64,000 nucleotides of DNA, from the NCBI RefSeq assembly GCF_002113885.1, contig NW_018407568.1, positions 28,278-92,277 of the forward strand, in the 5' to 3' direction. Below the pieces are notes generated by a model. The model had not been told where the DNA came from and searched no databases. It saw only the letters and a list, made by a program, of their open reading frames with translations. Of this stretch, positions 53,501 through 62,500 are shown piece after piece. Within the stretch, counting starts at the first letter, position 1. Every line of letters starts with the position of its first letter. Position numbers and translations under genes: made by a program. This DNA comes from Mizuhopecten yessoensis (lineage: Eukaryota).

Positions 53501-56500
53501 CAATTGACAAATAACTTTTAACTAAATGATTGTTTTAGTCATGACGGTAAATTAATTTGAATTTCACATAAAAGGACATATAATCTGACAAATAATCAGA
53601 ACTAAAATGATAAACCAAATAATTTAAAATAGTATCTGCTGTTTTGTATCAGTAAACATCAAAATTAATTCAGCATAAGTTTCAAATTCCTAACAAACTA
53701 AATTTTTTGTCATCGAAAATGGTCATCTTCATAAAAATAAATATTTCATTAATAGTCATTATATTACTGGTAGACAGAATGAGATAGAGACCAAGCTGAT
53801 GATACTATTAAACTTGTCAAGGTATATTGGTAACAACTCTATAAATAGCTTGAATCCTGTCATACCATTGGCTGCCTCCTTCAATAGTGTCCTTAGTTCC
53901 TCTACAGCGCTAGTCAACTCCTTCACTTTGCTTTCTGCCTCGTCCTTAGATGTCTGTAACAATATTTAACTGATAAATACACAATGAACACCAACAATAA
54001 CAGTAAACAGAGAAACTCAACACACAGCAGCATCGAAAACAAATTTGAAACAAGCCATTCGGATTGATATGTCTCACCTGTGCCCCACTTTGACCATCAA
54101 TACACATGTCAAGTTTGGTTGGTGTAGCACTTATAGTTTCAGAGAAACTAATTTAAACACAACAAGAGGCCCATGGGCCTTAACGGTCACCTGAGTCTAT
54201 AGTATTTATTTTTGTTGTTGAAATATGTACCAATTTGAGTAAAAAATAGTATAATGTTAACTTAACTTTGTCAGGACCATGAGCTGATCATTCCTAGACC
54301 AATTTTAAGTGAGATCGGCCTATTAGAACTTAGTAGCAAAATAGCGGCCATGGCAGCCAAATTGTATTTCTGATTGACCCGAAAAATAACAACACTTTGT
54401 CAGGACCATGAGGCGATCATTCCTACCAACTTTCAGTTCAATCGGCCCAGCAGAACTTGACTTTAAGTTTGAAATGTAAAATGTTAACGGACTACGGACG
54501 ACGGACGACGGACGACGGACGACGACGGACGAAAACGGATAGCAATAGGTCACTTGAGCTAAAGCTCAGGTGACCTAAAAACATAATGTTGATGGAGATG
54601 CTGACAAAGTCAATGGACGATGACAGGTATAGGCCGCATCCAGCATTTGATACATGGGATGATATATACTACCTCAGATGCATCTATGGACCAAGTTTGG
54701 TTGGTCTAGCACTTATACTTTCAGTGAAACTAACTTCAATGCAAAAACTTAAGCATTGGTCTTGCTTCCGCTACTTCGTCACGGCGAGACAAAAATACAT
54801 GAGAAGAAACACAAAATTGGGCAATTGTAAAAGAACAATATCTTCCATAAGATTCATCAGTTTGGAAATAAGTGATATCAAAGTTTTACTTTATACACAC
54901 ACTACGTACATTATTTGTGTTGTACACTTTTGTATTTGTTTGTGTATAAAGGTAAAATTAAAAAGGACTATTAAAGTAATAACTAACCTTGTAAAGGTCT
55001 GGGAGATGACCCTTACCAGACTTTTACAATTACTAACCATGTATGGGTCTATTAAGCGACCACTTGCCAGACTTTTACAATTACCAACCTTGTATGGGTC
55101 TATATATAAGGCAACCCCTATAAGTAACACATTTTTAATATTAACTTACCTTGTACAGGTCTATTTGACGACTCTTAGCCAGACTTTTACAACTTACCTT
55201 GTACAGGTCTATTAGACGACTCTTAGCCAGACTCTTACCATAACTTACCTTGTACAGGTCTATTAGACGACTCTTAGCCTGCCTGTAACAAAAACTTACC
55301 TTGTACAGGTCTATTAGGCGACCCCTAGCCAGACTGTAACAATAACTTACCTTGTACAGGTCTATTAGCCGCCTCTTAGCCTGCCTGTAACAAAAACTTA
55401 CCTTGTACAGGTCTATTAGACGATTCTTAGCCTGCCTGTAACAATAACTTACCTTGTACAGGGCTATTAGACGACTCTTAGCCTGCCTGTAACAATAGCT
55501 TACCTTGTACCGGTCTATTAGACGACTCTTAGCCAGACTGTAACAATAACTTACCTGGTACAGGTCTATTAGACGACTCTTAGCCAGACTTTAACAATAA
55601 CTGACCTTGTACAGGTCTATTAAGTGACCCCTAGCCAGACTGTAACAGTAACTAACCTTGTACAGGTCTATTAGACGACTCTTAGCCAGACTGTAACAAT
55701 AACTTACCTGGAAAAGGTCTATTAGACGACTCTTAGCCAGACTTTTACCATATCTTGCCTTGTACAGGTCTATTAGACGCCTCTTAGCCAGACTTTTACC
55801 ATATCTTGCCTTGTACAGGTCTATTAGACGCCTCTTAGCCAGACTTTTACCATATCTTGCCTTGTACAGGTCTATTAGACGCCTCTTAGCCAGACTGTAA
55901 CAGTAACTAACCTTGTACAGGTCTATTAGACGACTCTTAGCCAGACTTTTACAACTTACCTTGTACAGGTCTATTAGAGGACTCTTAGCCAGACTTTAAC
56001 AATAACTTACCTTGTACAGGTCTATTAAGCGACCCCTAGCCAGACTTTTACAATAACTTACCTTGTACAGGTCTATTAGACGACTCTTAGCCAGACTTTT
56101 ACAATAACTTACCTTGTACAGGTCTATTAGACGACCCTTAGCCAGACTTTTACAATAACTTACCTTGTACAGGTCTATTAGACGACCCCTAGCCAGACTT
56201 TTACAATAACTTACCTTGTACAGGTCTATTAGACGACCCCTAGCCAGACTTTTACAATAACTTACCTTGTACAGGTCTATTAGACGACCCCTAGCCAGAC
56301 TTTTACAATAACTTACCTTGTACAGGTCTATTAGACGACCCCTAGCCAGACTTTTACAATAACTTACCTTGTACAGGTCTATTAGACGACCCCTAGCCAG
56401 ACTTTTACAATAACTTACCTTGTACAGGTCTATTAGACGACCCCTAGCCAGACTTTTACAATAACTTACCTTGTACAGGTCTATTAGACGACCCCTAGCC

Positions 56501-59500
56501 AGACTTTTACAATAACTTACCTTGTACAGGTCTATTAGACGACCCCTAGCCAGACTTTTACAATAACTTACCTTGTACAGGTCTATTAGACGACCCCTAG
56601 CCAGACTTTTACAATAACTTACCTTGTACAGGTCTATTAGACGACCCCTAGCCAGACTTTTACAATAACTTACCTTGTACAGGTCTATTAGACGACTCCT
56701 AGCCAGACTTTTACAATAACTTACCTTGTACAGGTCTATTAGACGACCCCTAGCCAGACTTTTACAATAACTTACCTTGTACAGGTCTATTAGACGACCC
56801 CTAGCCAGACTTTTACAATAACTTACCTTGTACAGGTCTATTAGACGACCCCTAGCCAGACTTTTACAATAACTTACCTTGTACAGGTCTATTAGACGAC
56901 CCCTAGCCAGACTTTTACAATAACTTACCTTGTACAGGTCTATTAGACGACCCCTAGCCAGACTTTTACAATAACTTACCTTGTACAGGTCTATTAGACG
57001 ACCCCTAGCCAGACTTTTACAATAACTTACCTTGTACAGGTCTATTAGACGACCCCTAGCCAGACTTTTACAATAACTTACCTTGTACAGGTCTATTAGA
57101 CGACCCCTAGCCAGACTTTTACAATAACTTACCTTGTACAGGTCTATTAGACGACCCCTAGCCAGACTTTTACAATAACTTACCTTGTACAGGTCTATTA
57201 GACGACCCCTAGCCAGACTTTTACAATAACTTACCTTGTACAGGTCTATTAGACGACCCCTAGCCAGACTTTTACAATAACTTACCTTGTACAGGTCTAT
57301 TAGACGACCCCTAGCCAGACTTTTACAATAACTTACCTTGTACAGGTCTATTAGACGACCCCTAGCCAGACTTTTACAATAACTTACCTTGTACAGGTCT
57401 ATTAGACGACCCCTAGCCAGACTTTTACAATAACTTACCTTGTACAGGTCTATTAGACGACCCCTAGCCAGACTTTTACAATAACTTACCTTGTACAGGT
57501 CTATTAGACGACCCCTAGCCAGACTTTTACAATAACTTACCTTGTACAGGTCTATTAGACGACCCCTAGCCAGACTTTTACAATAACTTACCTTGTACAG
57601 GTCTATTAGACGACCCCTAGCCAGACTTTTACAATAACTTACCTTGTACAGGTCTATTAGACGACCCCTAGCCAGACTTTTACAATAACTTACCTTGTAC
57701 AGGTCTATTAGACGACCCCTAGCCAGACTTTTACAATAACTTACCTTGTACAGGTCTATTAGACGACCCCTAGCCAGACTTTTACAATAACTTACCTTGT
57801 ACAGGTCTATTAGACGACCCCTAGCCAGACTTTTACAATAACTTACCTTGTACAGGTCTATTAGACGACCCCTAGCCAGACTTTTACAATAACTTACCTT
57901 GTACAGGTCTATTAGACGACCCCTAGCCAGACTTTTACAATAACTTACCTTGTACAGGTCTATTAGACGACCCCTAGCCAGACTTTTACAATAACTTACC
58001 TTGTACAGGTCTATTAGACGACCCCTAGCCAGACTTTTACAATAACTTACCTTGTACAGGTCTATTAGACGACCCCTAGCCAGACTTTTACAATAACTTA
58101 CCTTGTACAGGTCTATTAGACGACTCTTAGCCAGACTTTTACAATAACTTACCTTGTACAGGTCTATTAGACGACTCTTAGCCAGACTTTTACAATAACT
58201 AACCTTGTACAGGTCTATTAGACGACTCTTTGCCTGCAGTTCCTGGTTAAATTGGTCCTCTGACTGAGCCATTCCATTTCTGGCCTGTAAATGTAAGCGG
58301 TTTGTTAACTTAGAGTGAAGAAATATTCAATAATGTGGGAAAAAAAATACCATGTTCCATTTTTCAAATGTATTCCGGGATTAAATATTTTTGCTAGCAA
58401 GACCTTTGAGATAACCTTAATTTCTACACCTATAAATTTTGTAACCTTGAAATGTCCTCAGTATTGTTATTGATGTATATGACTATAATTATTTTACAGT
58501 TTTTCCCACAAGACCATAGTTATTTTACAACCCTTGGCAGGTATGAGATTACAGTCTTCAGCAATCAGATCTAAAGGAAAGATACCATAAAAACTAGAAA
58601 GACAGGAAAATTCCTCAATCTACCAGCATAAACATTATTTTCTTCTATTTCAGATATAAATCATTTTGAAACTGAAAACACATCTTTAAAAGAATTCCTC
58701 TGAGATTAGGAAGACTCATATTACTGCTTCAGTTTCTGAACAGGATTTTAATCATCCATGCATCCTTCATTTTTTGTTTTGTTTTGGGGTTTTTTTGTGT
58801 ACGAAATTAAAGTTATCTTACATGTACATCAGAAGTTCTTGTAATAGATTGTAACTGTATTATCTAACATCCTTCTGTACAAAACTAATATATTTTCCTC
58901 AGTTTCTGTTTTAGACAAAAATTAATTACCCTGTAATATCACTCTGTATTATTACCCTTTGATATCGTTCTGTATTATTACCCTGTAATATCGTTCTATA
59001 TTATTACCTGTATTATCGTTCTGTATTATTACCCTGTAATATCGTTCTGTATTATTACCTGTATTATCATTCTGTATTATTACCCTGTAACATCGTTCTA
59101 TATTATTACCTGTATTATCGATCTGTATTATTACCCTGTAATACTGTTCTGTATTATTACCCTGTAACATCGTTCTATATTATTACCTGTATTATCGATC
59201 TGTATTATTACCCTGTAATAATGTTCTGTATTATTTCCCTGTAATATCGTTTTGTATTATTACCCTGTAATATCGTTCTGTACTATTACCCTGTAATATC
59301 GTTCTATATTATTACATGTATTATCGTTCTGTATTATCGTTCTGTATTATTACACTGTAATATCGTTCTATATTATTACATGTATTATCGTTCTGTATTA
59401 TTACACTGTAATATCGTTCTATATTATTACATGTATTATCGTTCTGTATTATTACCTGTATTATCGTTCTGTATTATTACCCTTTAATATCGTTCTGTAT

Positions 59501-62500
59501 TATTACCCTGTAATATTGTTCTGTATTATTACCCTGTAATATCGTTCTGTATTATTACCCTGTAATATCATTCTGTATTATTACCCTGTAATATCGTTCT
59601 GTATTATTACCCTGTAATATCGTTCTGTACTATTACCCTGTAATATCGTTTTGTATTATTACCCTGTAATATCGTTTTGTATTATTACCCTGTAATATCG
59701 TTCTGTATTATTACCCTGTTCTGTCGTTCTGTATTATTACCCTGTAATATCGTTCTGTATTATTACCCTGTAATAATACAGAACGATATTACCCTGTAAT
59801 ATCGTTCTGTACTATTACCCTGAATTATCGTTTTGTATTATTACCCTGTAATATCGTTCTGTATTATTACCCTGTAATGTCGTTCTGTATTATTACCCTG
59901 TATTATCGTTCTGTATTATTACCTGTAATATCGTTCTGTATTATTACCCTGTAATATCGTTCTGTATAAGACTAATTATCTTGCATGCTTTAATTGATGT
60001 ATGAGATTTTAGTTTACATCCTACAGTGCCTGTATGAGAGTAGGATTACCTTAATTTTACAGTTCCTATACCAAACAATAATATGAATGATCTTACATCC
60101 TTCAGTTTCTGTATAAGGCCGTCTATCATGGTGGCTATACCACACACTAATATAAATTATCTTACATCCTTCAGTTTCTGTATAAGGTTGTCTATCATGG
60201 TGGCTATACCACACACTAATATAAATTATCTTACATCCTTCAGTTTCTGTATAAGGCCATCTATCTTGTTGGCCTGTTCTCCCTGGGATGATTTCAGAGC
60301 CGCAACTGTTTCCTGGAGGAACGTGTTCTCTCCTATCTTTTCCTCCAACTTGCTCTGAGTTTCCAGAAGACTGGCTGTCTGTAATGGATCAAGAGTAAGC
60401 TCAACACTTTTAACAAGAAGTTGCAAACAATTTTTTGTTTCAAAAATTCAAATAGGATAGATTTGATGAATTTGATATGTTCAGAAAACTGATCTGATTT
60501 TTTTTCATTTCTTGCATACATTTTTGAGATTTTCTTTAATTAGTGAGCATGCAAGTTCTACAGGATGAGATATTTCTTTTTTCAAATCATAGTTATACAA
60601 ATGCTTCTTTAGGACTGAGTATTCAATAAAACCATCAATATATATATAAATCTGATTAAATCCAAAATATTTATAAAATCTTGTAAAATATTTCAAGTTA
60701 AAAAATCATCTGTAATACCTTACAATGCTGTTATATTATCTGTTAACCTGCTATAATACAGTAAGGTTCAATGATATATGTCCATCTTTATGGTTGATGT
60801 CAGTCACAGACTATTTTAGTGAAGAAACCTTTTATGACTTACCTGTTCCTTTTTGACGTTTAGGAGCTCATTGGTTTTCTCAAACAGTTGTTTGTCCAGC
60901 AGATCTAGCTGTCTCTGTATCTGACTCTTCTCCTGTTCCAGTCGTTTGTTCTGGAACTGTTCAACACAACATCTAACTGATAATCATTTCAGTGTTTGAG
61001 TTAGCGTTTTATGTTAATGATTGAAGTTATTTCTCTATGCTGAACATAACAGTTGTACAGTGATCCTTGACAGAAATGTCTAAGCAAAGTTAAGTTTGTC
61101 AAAGGCTAGTGATCATGAGAGCTATGTCGGTGTCATTGCCATCCTTGATACTCCATGGGGTTACACTCATTTTTGCTCTCTGCACCCCTGGAATGTGTCA
61201 TAACAAAATTGAAGGCTCAGTGTGCACCACCGTGTGGATGAGACAAGACTAGTTTGATCCTTTGATGTACATGAAAAGAAACTGTCGGTCGGGTAACGGT
61301 AAAATTGATCATTTATTGGCTTTGAAGTCGGGTGTCGCTCCTCTGTAGTCTTCAAAGGACAGATACCAGCCTTAGCGATTGGTCAAGGTTTTCACCCCAA
61401 GACCAATCAATTAGCAAGTCGTGTGCCTTCAATTTAGCTATGACATTTCCAGGGGTGCAGAGAGCAAAAGTGAACTTAACCACTGGCGTATAGAGGATGT
61501 GTTGTTATGCGATCGGGACTTGTAGTACAAGGAAAGATTCCGTTTGAATTACTGACATTTCAGTCAGATGTAAAACATATAAAAAAAAAAGAATAACTGC
61601 CTGAATAGGGGTATAGCAACAAAAGCTCACCAACAATTTCAAACAAAGTATAAGCCATACCTCCAAGGTGACACTCTGGTTCTGTACCTCCGCCAGTTTG
61701 GCCTGCGCCTCACATTTCTCTGTGTTGGCTCTCGACACTTTGTCCGTCAACTCCTTCCACTCTTCTGTGATTAAAAAAATAAAATGGGTGTGTTATTCAA
61801 GATAATAACACACCGAAATGCCTCACAAGATAACTGCAGCCACTGTCATACAATGATTCAACCTGTAGCAGCAGACATTTTAACAAGTCGAATTTGAAAG
61901 CTTAATTGAAGAATACACTTTAACAGCTAAATTATACTGGAACATACAGTATACAAAAACTTACTTATCTCATCAAGTGAAAACAATTTTTGTAGCACAT
62001 TTTAAATATCCATAGTTGACTGGCACATTGAATATCAAGTTTACCATTTATTCTATCAATTTCTCTGTTCCTCTTCTCAAGTAAGACACTTAAATCTCTC
62101 TTGTCCAACTCCAGCTGTTCATTTGATTTACTGAGGCGGAGCTGTTGAAACAAATGGATGGTTTTACAAATTGTCAATTCAAAGACTTAATAGTATCAGA
62201 ATAAATTATTATTGACAGTTTGTAGGATGTTGTTTCAATCATAAAAACAATTCAATATCAACTTCATTTCATAAACAATAACAAAGTAATGTTTTACCTG
62301 TGATCAGAAATCATAAATTTNAGGAAAGAAGTTGTTTAAAGTAAAAAGTTGACGCCGGACGGACGGACACCGCACCATAACATAAGCTCACTTGCCCTTC
62401 GGGCAGGTGCGCTAAAAAAAACATTGTCACCGCAGTATTGCCATACTTGTGAAATATACATGGTATAAATTCAACAGGAAACTATTATATCCCCCAATAT

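Noticed and set aside
54586-55215. 209-aa plus-strand ORF
   Set aside because: Antisense to TPR, made of repeat fragments and the degenerate array end; no recognisable domain.
55996-58272. 758-aa ORF as an independent repeat-protein gene
   Set aside because: It is a TPR internal exon read through a 51-bp donor array; the Met is an internal TPR codon with no promoter or start context.
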